From Anthoceros angustus (taxonomy: Eukaryota > Plantae > Anthocerotophyta): a stretch of 64,000 nucleotides of DNA. Both the position numbers and the translations under genes were made by a program. Under the pieces are notes generated by a model, which searched no databases, was not told the DNA's origin, and saw nothing but the letters and a program-made list of their open reading frames with translations. Below are positions 24,400-37,749 of the stretch, piece after piece. Numbering within the stretch: the stretch's first letter is position 1; each line of letters starts with the position of its first letter. The stretch covers positions 124,001 through 188,000 of the forward strand of contig MU008215.1 in NCBI GenBank assembly GCA_010909165.1. Reading direction: 5' to 3'.

Positions 24400-27300
24400 C
24401 ATTCGGTCTCAACACGCCTATTTATACGTTTCACACCTAACTTAGCGTTCACGGGGCCCGTGCTGTTAGCGTTAAGGACCGTTGGCGTCCGTGTATGCGT
24501 TCAAGTTTCGTCCATCCATCTAGTCCGTTCTCACCTGCTCCCACTCATACACTCGCGTCCTTGGGGAAAAGCGCGGTGGCTCGCGGTCCGGACCTCCTCC
24601 GTAGCTCTGGGAGCCCTCTCGGGCTGCCGCCCTCCGGGAGTTCCTCCGGCTCACGTTCCGGTCTATCAGCGGCGCCTTTGCTGGGCGAGCAAGAGTCCCT
24701 AGGCGCTGTTCCTTGCACACACCACCACACGTTAGGGTCTGTCACCAAGACCTTGATCAGTCTCTCCGGGGATGTCAGCCTGCTCAGTGACTCAGGACTC
24801 GCGTTAACAAGAAGGCACCCAAGAGCCTGCCAGAAGACGCGGCATCAACACCAAGAGAAAGATGCTTTACTCAGAGCAGCCTCAGCCCTCTTATACTCGC
24901 GAAGGTCGAGCCTTTATTACCTCTATTAGAGGGCGGGGCCCGGCTCAGTCGCTAATCGACCTACTATTCTCCCTATTCCTCCTATCTCCATGGGTGGTGG
25001 TACAGGATGGCCCGTTAGTCTTGGCCCGCGAGCCACGGCAGGCGCGCAATCGGATGATCCGGTAGGGGCCTACCTCTCCGAGGTGCAGCCTGCGCTGGCG
25101 GCACGACAGCAGCGATCACCACTAAGTCCTCCTCCCCTCCTCTCTTATCTCTGGCGGGCCCTGTGGCCCTCAAGAAGATGGATCTGCTTGGGGCTGGTGA
25201 TGGTGGCTCTCCCCACTCCACAGTGGACCTCGGGGTCTCGACTCCGAGTCCAGGACCTCTGTCCGGCCTTCCCTCTGAGGTCCGGTCCTCTCTGTGGCCT
25301 TCTTTTGGTCGGACCTCGGGGTCAGGACTTGCCTCACAGGGTCTTACGGGCCCCCCTTCCCACAGGTCAGGACCTCGGTCGTCTCGTCACTAAGTCTGGA
25401 CCTCTAAGTCAGGTCTTCCTTGAGGCGGACTTGAGTTCGGCCTTTCCTCGAGTCGGACAAAGTCCGGACCCGCTCTGGTTTTGCCTCCTCACGGGCTGAT
25501 CACGGCTCACTGAGCCCTCCCTTGGTTCCAGTTCGGTTCGCCCCTTCCACGGCCTCCCAGGGCCTCCTCCCTTCCTTGAGTGCGAGGTGCAGTGCTTACC
25601 TCGGTCGGTGTGCTTCCTCGTCCGGCTCCTCCGCTGCTCTCCCTCGCCCGGCTGCTATTTGTTGTCATCCAAACTCCTAGGGTCCCGTGGGCAGCATCCC
25701 CGGGTCCTTCCTCCCTCGCTCCTCCTTGAGCCCTTACGGAAGTCCGCTCACTGCCTGGGTGGCGCAAGACCTCGAGCCTTGAGGAGCTTCTGCGTGGTAG
25801 TAGGCAAAGTCGGAATCGACTTGCTGGTGCCTCCTCCACATGGGCCGGGCACCGGTATTCCCTCCGCCGAGGTGCTCGGCATTTGGGCATGTTGTCGGCC
25901 TCTGGCCCGTCTCCGTTGCGGGCTTACCAGCTGCGGAGGCGGACTCCCTCGATGCCACCAAAGCGGCCTCCACCTCCTGCGGCCGGCTGCTTGCTCGGCG
26001 TTCTCCTCCTCCCTTCGTCGTTCCAGCTCACTTGATTTCTTGGCCATGGGTAGCTCACCTCACTTCCGTGGACGGCACGGCCTGCTTCTCCTCCGGTAGC
26101 TTTCTTCCCTCCGTTATCCTTTCCGGAGTCGCCACTTCCTTCTCCAGGCGGGCGGTATCCCGTCCACTCGGCTTCCTCCACCTCCTGCTGCGGCCTCGCG
26201 GCGTCAAACTCCTTGGACCATCGCCTATTCTCCTCCGTCTTCAAGCGAAGCTGGGCGCTCTATCTCCTTTCGAAGTCTTGGATTCTCTCGTTGAGAACCC
26301 CTACTTTGCTCCGTCGTCTTGGAGTTGCGGCTCAAGGTATCCTTCATCCTCCGGCTCCTGCCGCCCTCTACCTCCTGCGGTGCACCACAGGGTCCCCTAT
26401 TTCCGGTCTTGACCTCCAGCTCCTCCTCACGGCTGCCATGCTTGCTGCACCTTTCGGCCTTGAGGTTGGCAGCGGCTGCGTCTCCCTCCACGGTTAGATC
26501 ACGTCGATAGTGATCCCGGTCGACCGCTTCGCTTCTCGCTGCCTTGGTGAGCCTCGCTGGTCTGATGTTGGGCCAGCCGGGCCGCCTCAGCCAGGTCGCG
26601 AGCCCTCTCCGCCTCCTTCTGCGCCTCCCGCCGTGCGAGATCTTGACCCGTGCTTGGGCCTCCTGCGCACTGCTCACGGTGGAGGACCTTAGTCGATCTT
26701 CTGAATCGCTCGGACCTCGCGCTCCGCCTCCCGGCGTTTCCCTTCCTCGATGCGGCCGAGGACTTCCGCCTTCTTCCTCGCCTCGGGCCGCCCATCCGCC
26801 TCCTGAGGAGCACCATGCGCCTCTTGTTGCCTCCACCTCCTGCCTACCGCCTCAGAGTCCCTGTGAGCATACCGGCCCATGACGGTAGCGACCCGCTGTC
26901 TCTTCCACGGCCGCCAGGTGAGGCCCCAAGAAGTCCGCCGGGGCGGCATCTCGGTCCGCCAAGGACCTCCATACTGCAGCCCGAGTGAGTCCGGACTGGC
27001 TCTCCGACCAATCAGACCCTTAGGTCCCGAGCACCGAGGTCCGAGCCTCACCTTCTTTGGCCCCTTGGCCGCCAATTCCTTGTCCGCCTCTTTCTCCTGG
27101 GCCTTGAGGGTGAGGGGTTCGAGCCGACCTTTGCCTCCTCCGGAGACAGACTGCCCTCGTGGGCCGCCGCTGGCCTCCCTTGGGCGGGCCCCTTTCCGCC
27201 TTCTCGCCCGCCTTGCCACCCGCTGGCAGGGCAAGGGCACGGCGCCCGCCCCGGTGCTGGGTGGCACCGCCTTCCGCTTCGGTCCCCGACGAGTCCGCTG

Positions 27301-30300
27301 GGCTCGCCGGCCGTTGCCGGGCGGCCGGGTCTGCCGAGCCGAGCCGCCAACTCCCGCCCCGGGGCCGCCTCCCGGGCCCGGGGCAGGAGGAGGGAAGGGA
27401 TGTCCTCCACACTTCCTGGTGGCGAGGGAGTCCGCCCAGACGATGGAGTCCGGGATTCTCCTCCTGCCTTCCTCCCGCCTCTTGCCCGGACGGACGCCTC
27501 CACCTCTTCCTTCCGCCTAGGCGGCCGCCCCTTCCCGAGTGCGCCTTCTCCCTCCTTCAGGGAGGTTCGCGTGCCCACACATGAATTAAGAACGGCGATA
27601 ACGCCGACGGAGGAGGCTTCTCACACCGCCAGGAGCTTCCTGATTGATCCCGGCGAAGATGATCCTTCCCCCCGCCTCCTTCCTCTCGCCGCAGATGTGA
27701 ACACTGATTGTCACCAAGGTGATCTACCTTGGTGAGCATGTTCCAAAGGACAATGATCCTGCCACCGCCTCACCCTCCTCAAAGAAGTCCGACATCAACC
27801 ACCGCTGGTTGTCTTGCTCCCTCGGCGCCAGAGGCGGCCTTTGCCGCCTATCTTCCTCCGCCTTGAGAGGTTCCCGGACTACGCCCCAATTTCCTCCGCT
27901 GACGGCTGTACCGCCTCAGACCTCCACCCACCTCCTAGGGTCCTCTCAAGGCTCTTAGACCGAATCCTCCTTGTTGCCTCCACCTCCACAGGTTTTCTCG
28001 GCCGTCCGTGAGTCCCAGGCATCTGTCCATGTGGTAGCAGGACCCGTGTCTCTTCCACAGTGCCAGTGAGGCCCCAAGTCGTCGTGGGGGCGGGCATCTC
28101 GGATCGCCAGGACCTCCATACCAGTGGCCGGGTGAGTCGGTTGGGCTCTCGGACCTAATCGGGACCCTTAGGTCTGAGTCTTGAGTCAGGAGCCTCACCT
28201 TCTTTGGCCCTCTTGGCGCCAATTCCTTGTCGCCCTCTTTCTCCACAGGGCTCGGAGGGTGAGGGTTGGGAGGGACCCTTTGCCTCTCGGTCGGGAGGGC
28301 CCTCGGTGGGGCCTGCCCGGTGGCCTCCGCTCCTTGGGCGGCGTCCCTTTCAGCCCTTCTCACGCCTCCTCGACTTCTTGCCACTCCGTTGGCGGGGCAA
28401 GGCACAGGCGCCGTCTGCGGGTCTTTGCGTTGGCGGGTGGCACCGTCTTCCGCCTCTTGGTCCCCAGTCCGTCGGGGCTCTCAGCCGCCGTCGTTCTGGC
28501 GGGCTGATCTGTCGGCTGGGCCGCTCCGCAGGGCCGCCTCTCTGGGTGCTCGGTGGGGCACGGGAGGAAGCGAGGATGTCCTCCACACTTCCCTGGTGGC
28601 GAGTCCGCTCCCGGACGTATGGGTCAGGATTCCCTCGATCGTCTTCCTCCAGCCCTCTTGCTCCGGACGGGGCGGGCCTCCACCTCTGCGCTCTTCCTAC
28701 GCCTCGGTAGGCGGCCCGGCCTTGTCTCCTCTTCTCCCTCCTTGGGAGGTTCGCGTGCCCACACATGAATTAAACAGCGATACGCCCGGCGGAGGCTTCT
28801 CACCTCGGCTTGTGAGCTTCAGTTGATCTGGCGAAGATGATCCTTCCGCCTCCTTCTCTGCGGCATGCGGGGCATGGTGTCACCAAGGTGATCTACCTTG
28901 GTGAGCATGTTCGATGGACAATGATCAGCCACGCTCTCACTCTCCATCGGCAAGTCGCATCAACCGGTGGTTGGTTGTTGCGTTCCACAGCGGGCGGCCT
29001 TTGCCGCCTCTATCTTTCCTCTCGGCCTTGAGAGGTTAGGGACTCGCCCCCAATTTCCTCCGGGCGGTTGTACACCGCCCTCGGACCTCCACCGTCCTGA
29101 GTCCTCTCGAAGGCTCTTGCCGAACCTCCTTGTTGGCCAGCATCTTCGGCGTACTCCGGACTAGGGTGACTCAAGGTCCAGACACCGAAAACGTCCAGTG
29201 CCATTCCTTGACCAGCCCCCGCCTCCTCCACCACGGCCAAGTCCGGTAGCGCCAGGACGGCGTTGCCCACCAAGCTCCATGGCTCCCAAACCTCCGCCGC
29301 TTCTTGGGTCCCATCTTCCGCCTCCGGCCCCGCTTTGGAGTGTGAGGCCCGCAATCGTCTGCCTTGGCCGCTTGCCTCGCTAAGTCGAGCGACGGAGGGT
29401 GCTAAGCGATCAAAAGACAACGCCAGAGGGTGGTCCGAGCGCGAGCATGCGAAGCCGCTGTTGCTTGGAAGAATGACCTCCGCCTTGCCTCTCGCAAGTA
29501 ACTACATGAGGTGGCTTTGCCGTCAGAATCGCTGAGCCTGCATGGCTTACTCGCCTTTACGCTTCCGCCTACTCGGCCTTACACAAGCAAGACGCTGGCG
29601 TGAATACTGCTATAACGGCACTGCACTACGGTCCCGCCTCGCCCATGCCCGCCTTCCATTCGTGGCCGCCCACGTACCGCCTCGCCCTAACTCACGCCCC
29701 AACTTCTAAATTACCTTCTCATACTTATCCCATTCGACCTTGAGTGGGGTCCGGACTTATCCTAGACTCCCAAGGGTCCGGGGTCCTGAGTGGCACCGGT
29801 CCGTTACTCACCCCGAGTCCGAGTGCACTCGAGCAGAGTCAGTCCGTGCTTATTCCTCCTTTCCGCCTTATTTTACACTCCATACCTACGAAAAACCAAC
29901 CCCGCTTTATTTCCTAATCCCAAGGGGAGTCCGTCCATGGCCCAGCTCGAACTTCTTTTATTTAGCCCTTTCGCCTTCCAACTCTTTTCTTCTGGGCGCT
30001 TTGTTCTCAACACTCGTCTGACCTTTGCAGTTGTTCTAGGCGCCAAACCTCCTAGGGCATCGCTTACGGGCGGGTCTTGGGGCGGCGTAATCGAACTTGA
30101 AGAAGCCATGATTGACAGGAGGCGCGCGACTCTACGCCTCAACAGATCAGTGAATACTTGGGACGTGAAAAGTGAGATGTTATGCGTAGGCGCACCTCAT
30201 CACAGCCGGTTTGGGCACCTGGAGCAACTTGAAGATACCATCTTGATCTTGTGACTTGAAAAGATGGGCGTAACCAAGGATGTTGGCTATGGCGCTTGAA

Positions 30301-30350
30301 GATTAAAGACCCATCTACGAACTGCAGGTCCACAGGCGTGCGGCTGACCA
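24400..30350. mobile_element. Unclassified GC-rich repeat element, copy 1, with ~1.15-kb internal tandem duplication (~26880-29170)
   Basis: Homologous in reverse orientation to 30620-35120 (CACACCACCAC(A/G)CGTTAGGGTCT at ~24715 vs minus strand ~34730); duplicated unit anchors at 26893/28042 and 27711/28878. Long low-complexity minus-strand ORFs; no RT or transposase motif seen. Boundaries approximate. Confidence 0.55.
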
Positions 30351-30401
30351 AGATCGATGCAAATTAATCATGACCAACAAGTGGGAGTAAAGGAATAGAT
30401 G

Positions 30402-30611
30402 TGTTGGAATCATGATTAGGGTTCATTCAGTTAAGTTATTTTTAAAGGTCATGGCGTTTCATTAGGGTTACGTCTGTTCGTAAAGGCGTGGCTTTTGGTT
30501 TGTACTAAAACCATTACAAACTTTAATACTGTGCGTATTCTTTACATTTATAGTGTGATACAATGTAATACAATTATTAATCTGTATATTCCATTTATCC
30601 TAAAAGGCTCA
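30402..30611 (+). repeat. AT-rich LTR-like segment
   Basis: Starts TGTTGG, ends CA, contains TTAGGGTT like the other LTRs here; AAGTGGGAG 15 bp upstream. No partner LTR or TSD. Confidence 0.3.
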
Positions 30612-30619
30612 TGTCGGAC

Positions 30620-33600
30620 CTACTGGACCGATGAGTGAGCGCAGTGGCGAAGATTATCGTCCACTAGAACATGCTCTCCAAGGTAGACCACCTTGGTGAC
30701 AATCTGCTGGTTTTCCTACACGCCCTTTAGAGAGGCAAGAGGGCGGATTGGGGGCGGATCATCTTCGCCCGTATTGCTCAGGAGTCGAGGAAGTTGAGGA
30801 ACAGAGGCTGGGCGTTGTCTCCGCTCATTGTCCATGTGGGGACATCTCAACGCTAAGGATGGGGAGGAGGCAGCGCTCGGGGTGACGATCTGCCGGGCGG
30901 CGAGGAGAAGCGCAAGGAGCCGAGCCGCCCATGAGGCAAGGCACCAGGACGAGGACGAGGACGGGAGGGAATCCGGACTCCACTACGCCTGAGCGGACCC
31001 CTCTCTCCAAGGAAGTGCGGAGGATATTCCGCTTCCCTCCTCTTGGTCCCTCGCATGAATAGCCATCCCAAGGGATACTCACAGCGGGGGATGGAGATGG
31101 TGCTTGATCACTTCGCTGCCCCCCGCGGCTGCCGGACCAAGCCGTTGAGCCGGACGGGAGGAAGCAAAGAAAGAGCGAGCTTCCACTTCCGCCATCGGTC
31201 CAGGGGCCGACTCGGTGCCCTTATCACTTGCCAGCGAGGTGGCAGGGGCGGAAGAAGGCGTTGAGAAGGGGGGCGGGCAGTCATTGGTAGCCAAGAAGGG
31301 GTCGTAGCGCGGCAACCCCTGCCCAGAGCGAGACTTATCTCACCTACCATTGGAGAGCGGTGACTCCCGGACCCCTTCACACCTCCGGGACCACCAGCCC
31401 GGGCGGCCGAGAGAAGGAATTAGCCCAAGAGCCAAGGAGGGTGGGCGCGCCCGGCTCGGGGCAGACTGGGACCTAAGGGTCCTAATTGAGATCAAAGTCC
31501 CTAATCCGGACTCACTCCGGTAGGCGGTATGGTGGTCCTTAACGGACCGGGAGATGCCTATGCCCTTGACGGACTTCTTGGGGGTCTCGCCAGCGGCAGT
31601 CGTGGAGGAGACACAGCGAGTTTTGGCAACCTCGTGGACGGCATGCTCTAGGGACTCTGCCGGGACGAAGACCCGAGGAAGTGGAGGCAGAGGCTACCCC
31701 GTCGCGTTGTCTCCGTTCATTGTCCATGTGGGGACATCTCAACGCTAAGGATGGGGAGGAGGCAGCGCCCGGAAGGGTGACGATCACGGGAGGCGGCGGA
31801 GAAGGCGCGGGAACCAAGGAGCCGCCATGAGCAAGCGCACCAGGAGGCAGGCGGGGCGGAGAATTCCGGACCCACTCGCCTGGAGCGGACCCCTCTCCTC
31901 CAAGGAAGTGCGGAGGATATTCCGCTTCCCTCCTCTTGGTCCCTCCTGAATAGCCATCCCCAAGGGATACTCACGAGGATGGAGATGGTGCTTGATCACT
32001 TCGCTGCCCCCCGCGGCTGCCGGACCAAGCCGTTGAGCCGGACGGGAGGAAGCAAAGAAGAGGAAGCACCAATTCCGCTTCCATCGTCCAAGGCGGGCTC
32101 CAGTTGCCCTTATCCTTGCCAACGGAGTGGCAGGAGGCGGAAGAGGCGTTGAGAAGGGCGGGCAACGATGCGACAAGGCCATGGGGTCACGGCAAGAACC
32201 CCACCCCGAGACTTATCTCTCCCACGTGGAGGCGGGCAGCTCCGGACCCCGCCACCTCGGACCATGAGCCGAAGAAGGAATTAGCGGCAAGAGAGCCAAG
32301 GAGGTGGAAGCGCCCGCCTGACTCGGGGTGACGGACCTAAGGGTCCTGGTGGGTCCAGTCCCTAATCAGGACTCACTCAGTGGCGGTATGGTGGTCCTTA
32401 CGGACCTGGGAGATGCCTTGGCGGACTTCTTGGGGGTCTCTGGTGGCAGTCGTGGAGGAGACACGAGTTTAGCAACCTCGTGGGATCGGCATGCTCTAGG
32501 GACTCTGCCAGGGAGAAGACCCGAAGTGGAGGCCACCCAGCAGATGATGGGCTCCAAGGAATTCAGGTGGGAGTGACCGCAGTGCTGCGAGAGGGAAGAG
32601 GCGGGAGTCCCTCGCTAGGGTCGGGAGGCAGGCTAAAGCAGAGGCAAGGTCCATGACGGGGCTAGGCAGTGTTGTTGTGCGGACGACTAAAACGCTCAAG
32701 AAGCGCGGTGGCGGAGGACCTATCTTAGGAGAAGAGTATGGCCGAGGGGAGGAGGCGGAGAAAGCATGTCGGCCGGCGGAAGGGGCCAAAGAGGTGTGAG
32801 AATGCAGCAGGGGAGGCGAGCAGTGAGCTCGGCAGGGCAAGAGGCGAGAGGCCTCTGCCCAAGTGATGGGGACCACTACCATCGGGATGGGGAGTTGGGT
32901 GGAGGAGGCCGGGAAGCTGACCATGGCAAGCTGAAAAGTAGCGGAAGGCGGGCGCGCGAGCAAGCAGCGTGGCAAGGATGAGGAGATGGAAGCACCGTGG
33001 GCTGGGACCTTGGTGAGCTCAGTTGGAAGAAATGCGTCGAGAGTTGGAGGGCGAAGAAGACCACAGGTTGCGACTCGAGGTAGTGAAGATGGACTCCTTG
33101 AGGCGGATAGGAGATCATGAGTGGGAGACAATGTCTCCGGCTACTTGAGGGTGGAGGAGGGCCGCTCCAAGCTGACGAACCACGGCGTGGCCAGAAGCTG
33201 GAAGAGGCAGGCTGGGTGACACTGGGCGTCGAGGCGGGAGTTAAGGCGGGCTGGAGCGAGATGTGACGGCCTGAAGGACAGGGACAAGAGGGCTCGGGAA
33301 GGAGGCGAGGCTGTTGATCTCTGCCCTCCCCGGGGCAGGCGGAGGCTCAGTCGCCATAGCTGGGAGGAAAGTTGGCAGTGCAAGCGGCAAGAGGAGGAGA
33401 ACGCGCGAGGAGGCAACGACTCCGAGGGGAAGTGGTGAAGGCCCGCGCATGGCGGCTTCATGGGAACAGCCAGGGACCCGAGGCTGGGCGACCTGTGATG
33501 GGGCGACACAATAAGCAACAAGGGCATACTAGGCTGCGGAGAATCTGGAGTGGAGTATCCAGTGCTTGCGCCCATGTGGAGGAAGGCCATCCAGCGAGTC

Positions 33601-35120
33601 GACTCGACTTTCGTATTATCATAGAGCTCCTCAGGTGGGCACACCACTTCTGTGAGATTGAGGACCCGCAGGAGGTGGAGGAGCACAGGCCGAGGGGGCT
33701 GAGGCGCCACCACGAGAATCTGGGGGCCCTATTTGGTGATGAGGCGGCCGGTGAGGGAGGGCCTAGAGGAGGAGGGGCAGGAGGAGGAGACCCAGGCGGT
33801 GAGACAACAGACCCAGTGGGTCCGGGGCACTGCGTCGAGAAGGGGAAGAGAGCTGGGAGGAGCAGGAGGAGAAGTTCAGAAGGCGCTAGGGGACCCCGGT
33901 GAGGAGGGATGAGGCAAGGGAGCAGAAGGAAGAGGTCCGGTCGGAAAAGAGCGGACCCTTGGGAAACTCCGACTTGGACGTCAGGAATCGAGAGGACGGA
34001 CCCCGAGGTCCGAACTCAGGAGGAGGGGACGGACCCCGATCCGGACTCAGGAGGAGAGGCGGACCACGAGGTCCGGACTTGGGAGGTGAGGCGAACCGAG
34101 GTCCGGCCTCGGAGAGGAGCAGGTCCAGTGGCTCCTAGGCAGTAAGGTAGGGGTGAAAGTTGGTCGGTCTCAGCCCACCCGGGAAAACAGATGAGCGGAC
34201 CAGCAGGCGAGGGACTCACGATGCATGCCAATGGATGAGTGAGGAGGAAGACTTGGTGGTCACTGCCGGTTGATGATCCACCTCGATGAGTGCGGCTGGC
34301 CAGGTCGGGTAGGGAAGAGCCTCCACGGGACTCCCGGGGGTCGCGGATCATCCGATTGGGTGCTCCATGAGATGCGACTGGAGATTGGGTGCGCCCAGGA
34401 GGAACCATGGTCAACACTTGACCCAGTAGCCATAGACATAGGTAGAGAAAATAGGGGATGCGGAGAGCCACTTGCTGAGGCATAGCTGGACACTAGCTTG
34501 AATTAGGGGTGTAATAAAGGCGCTCCCCGGGAGCGTAGTATAAGAGCGGTGCACGCTCATGTAAAAGGATCTTTCTTTTGAGGGTTGATCCGCGTTGTTA
34601 TCTTCGCGAGGCCCTTGTGCTTGTCTCTTGCTAACGCGAGTCCCAAGTCGTGAGTGGGCAATACTACTTTGGAAGGCCCGATCGAGTTCGCGATGTGAGA
34701 CCCTAACGCGTGGTGGTGTGTATACGGGGAAGGCGGAGGACCCCGGACCGGACACTGGTTGCTCATATCGTCGAACCTCTGTCCTCCGAGACGGAGGTTC
34801 GACGACCAACAGGCCAGCAGTGCGAGAACTCCGAGCACGCGCGAGCTTGAGCGGAGAGACTGGTGGACGCCAGCGTGGAGTGCAACCTACACATGTTGAC
34901 GTGAACCTCAAGGCGCGGTGGTTGTAGTAAGGCGGCTGCCGCTCTTACAACCCTGCGCCCGATTGAAATGAAATGAGGGGGTAAGTGAAGTAGATTTCGG
35001 ACGCGAACGAGTCCTTAAACGTTTGGTCATCCCGGGCCTGTACGGTGAACGAATAGGACGAAGTAGAGAAGGGTAGAATAACCACAGCTCGGGTAGACGG
35101 GCGCGTTGGGGTGGGTGACC
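30620..35120. mobile_element. Unclassified GC-rich repeat element, copy 2 (inverted relative to copy 1), with ~890-bp internal tandem duplication (~30800-32500)
   Basis: TTGTCCATGTGGGGACATCTCAACGCTAAGGATGGGG at ~30828 and ~31720; reverse-complement homology to 24470-29200. Confidence 0.55.
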
Positions 35121-35123
35121 TCA

Positions 35124-35410
35124 TGTAAAACATCGTCCCTTAACGGTGGAGAGTGTGTTGGTCACGTACGTGCGTAAACGTGACAATATTCTAGACAATA
35201 TTCTAGAGATGCTAGAAGATGCAGACAAGAGCAAACTTGTCATAGAGAAAACAAGACAAGATATTAAGTGGTCAAAAGAGTGTCTTATATACATAAGTTG
35301 TTTAACTCTAAGTGACCTTTCATTATACAACCCTAATTACTTAACCCGTAACCGTGGTTATATATATACAATACAACCCCAGTGGGTCATCCCTAATGGA
35401 GGTTAACACA
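35124..35410 (-). repeat. 3' LTR of Copia E
   Basis: Minus strand TGTGTTAACC...TTTTACA, directly after polypurine AAGGGGG; partner LTR not in the window. Confidence 0.75.
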
Positions 35411-35635
35411 CCCCCTTAACCACGTCGCTGGTTAAAAATTGTAGGCGTTGTGTGCGAATCTTCAGGGTGATGAAGAGCTTCAGGGTCGTCTGGAAAGGGC
35501 GGCCAAAGCAAAGTTGCCAGAGTGAGGTGAACGATTAGATGCAGGCACTAAGCTTCATCCGTTCGGTCCCACTCCTGGTGATGTGAGCAATTGTCCATCA
35601 ATGCTTTGTAGAAGAGAAGGGTAGATAGGAGTCAG

Positions 35636-37749
35636 TCAACCAAACCCAGCTTCCTTGTGGAAATTGTGTGTTGACAAACACTTGGTCAACAAGTCGGCAG
35701 TGTTCAGCTCCGTTGGCACATGTTCAATCTGTATCACCTTCCGCTCAACAGAGTGCTGGACGAAGTGGTGCTGAATTTCAATGTGCTTCGTCCGAGCATG
35801 AAAACGAGGGTTCCCAACCAAAGAAATTGTAGACATGTTGTCGCAATATAAAGTTGTAGGAATCTTCTGGTTGAAGTTCAGGCCGGCTAGGAATGATCGT
35901 TCCCACTCTGCTTCTTTGGCTGACTCTGTCAAAGCCTTGTACTCAGCTTCGGTGGATGATAGAGCCACAGAAGCCTGCTTCTTCGAGCTCCAGTTCACGG
36001 CTGCTCCCGATAAGAGAAAGCAATAGGCAGACACACTCCTACGCTCATCTGGATCAGTTCCCCAGTCAGCATCTGCATATCCAACCAAGGTGATATTCTG
36101 ATCCATGCCTTGAAAGCATAGTCCATGTGTTGAAGTGCCCTTCAAGTAGCGGAGGATCCTTTTGACGGCAATCCAATGCTCCTGACCTGGCTTCTCCAAG
36201 GATTGGGAAACTGCACTGACAGCATGCTGGATATCTAGTCTTGTCCAGCAGCTGATATAGTTCAAGCACCCTACGGCATGACGATATGGCACTTGGCTCA
36301 TGAGTTCTTGATCTGTGTCATCCTGTGGAGATTGGAGGGAAGTGAGCTTGACCCCAACACAACCAGGTGTGCTGACGGGCTTTGCATCTTGCAGGTTGAA
36401 GCGGCGAATGGTCTCGTTGATATACTTGGTGCAGTGAAGGACAAGAGTGTGGTTAGCTCTATCCCTAAGGAGTGAACCCCAAGAACAAAGGTGAGTTCTC
36501 CAATGTCCTTCATGTCATATCGCTTGTGCAGCATGGCCTTCACCCAATCCAGCAGATCCCTATTATTTGACGCGAGGATTGCGTCATCAGCATACAAAGC
36601 CAATATCACAAGATATCCTCCTTTGCAATATATGTAGACGTTGGCGTCTGTAGGGTTCTGGATGAAGCCAATGGACTTGAGGTACTTATCGATACACTTG
36701 TACCACTCTCGAGCACTTTGCTTGAGTCCATATAGGGTCTTCTTCAATTTGCACACCCAATCTGGATGTTCCGGATCGACAAAGCCCTCAGGCTGGTCCA
36801 TATAGATATCTTCCTCTAATTCTCCATAGAGGAAGGCTGTTGAGACATCCATTTGCTCCAGATCCCAGTCTCTAGCAGCTGCAAGGGCTAGGATCATCCT
36901 GATGGATTGTGTCTTGACGACATGGCTGAAAGTTTCGTTGAAGTCCACACCTGCTACTTGTGAGAAGCCGCGAGCAACAAGACGTGATTTGTAACGTGCT
37001 ATGTCCCCTTGTGCGTTCAGCTTATGTTTGAACACCCACTTGCAGCTCACCGTTTTCCTTCCAGCAGGTAAGGGGCAAAGTTCCCATGTTCCATTCTTCA
37101 TCAAGGAGTCATACTCGTCTTGAATTGATGGAAGCCAATGGTGTTTGTGTGCACCTTTTATAGCCTCCTTGTAGGTTTGAGGTCCACTGGGTGAGGTGTG
37201 CTAGTGGAGGAGGCTTCACATAGCCTAAAGGCATTGTGGGACCAAGTCCTCGACTCATAGGGTCCGGAGGTCCAGCTATCTCGAGATGGACGACCGCTTG
37301 ATATCTCCTTTCGTCAACAATAGGTTCAACCTGAATGGGAGCACCATCTGGTTCTGCATTGACAACATCATCGGTCAAGTCAAGAACTTGGTCATCCTGA
37401 TCAGCGTCTGCACCTGGTTCAGGGTCCTCATCAGAAAGAGGATCTGCTTCAAGTTGCTCAAGTATGTCTTGCTCAAGTGGCTGTTGCTCAGGAACATGAT
37501 CTGCTTCATGCTCTTCAACATCAGTAGGGTTAGCAGGTGGAACAATAATAGGTTGGGAGGGCTGCAACGTAGGTATCAATGGTACTATAGATGCTGGAAA
37601 TCCACCCCGAATCGCCACCGCCGAGAAGACACGATGATGAAAGATCTTGTGGGTACACGGAGGGGGAGTCATCAAAACCAAGGTCAGCAGTTGCAGGTGA
37701 ATCAGGTGCGGGTGGAGAAGAAGTAACGAACTCAGAATCCAAAGTAGAA
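35636..37749 (-). CDS. pol: Copia E pol: IN-RT linker, RT and RNase H
   Basis: 36298..37104 (KWVFKHK, YKSRLVARGF, LYGLKQS, YADD) and 35636..36301 (GYADADW, VALSSTEAEY, KHIEIQHHF). Confidence 0.93.
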
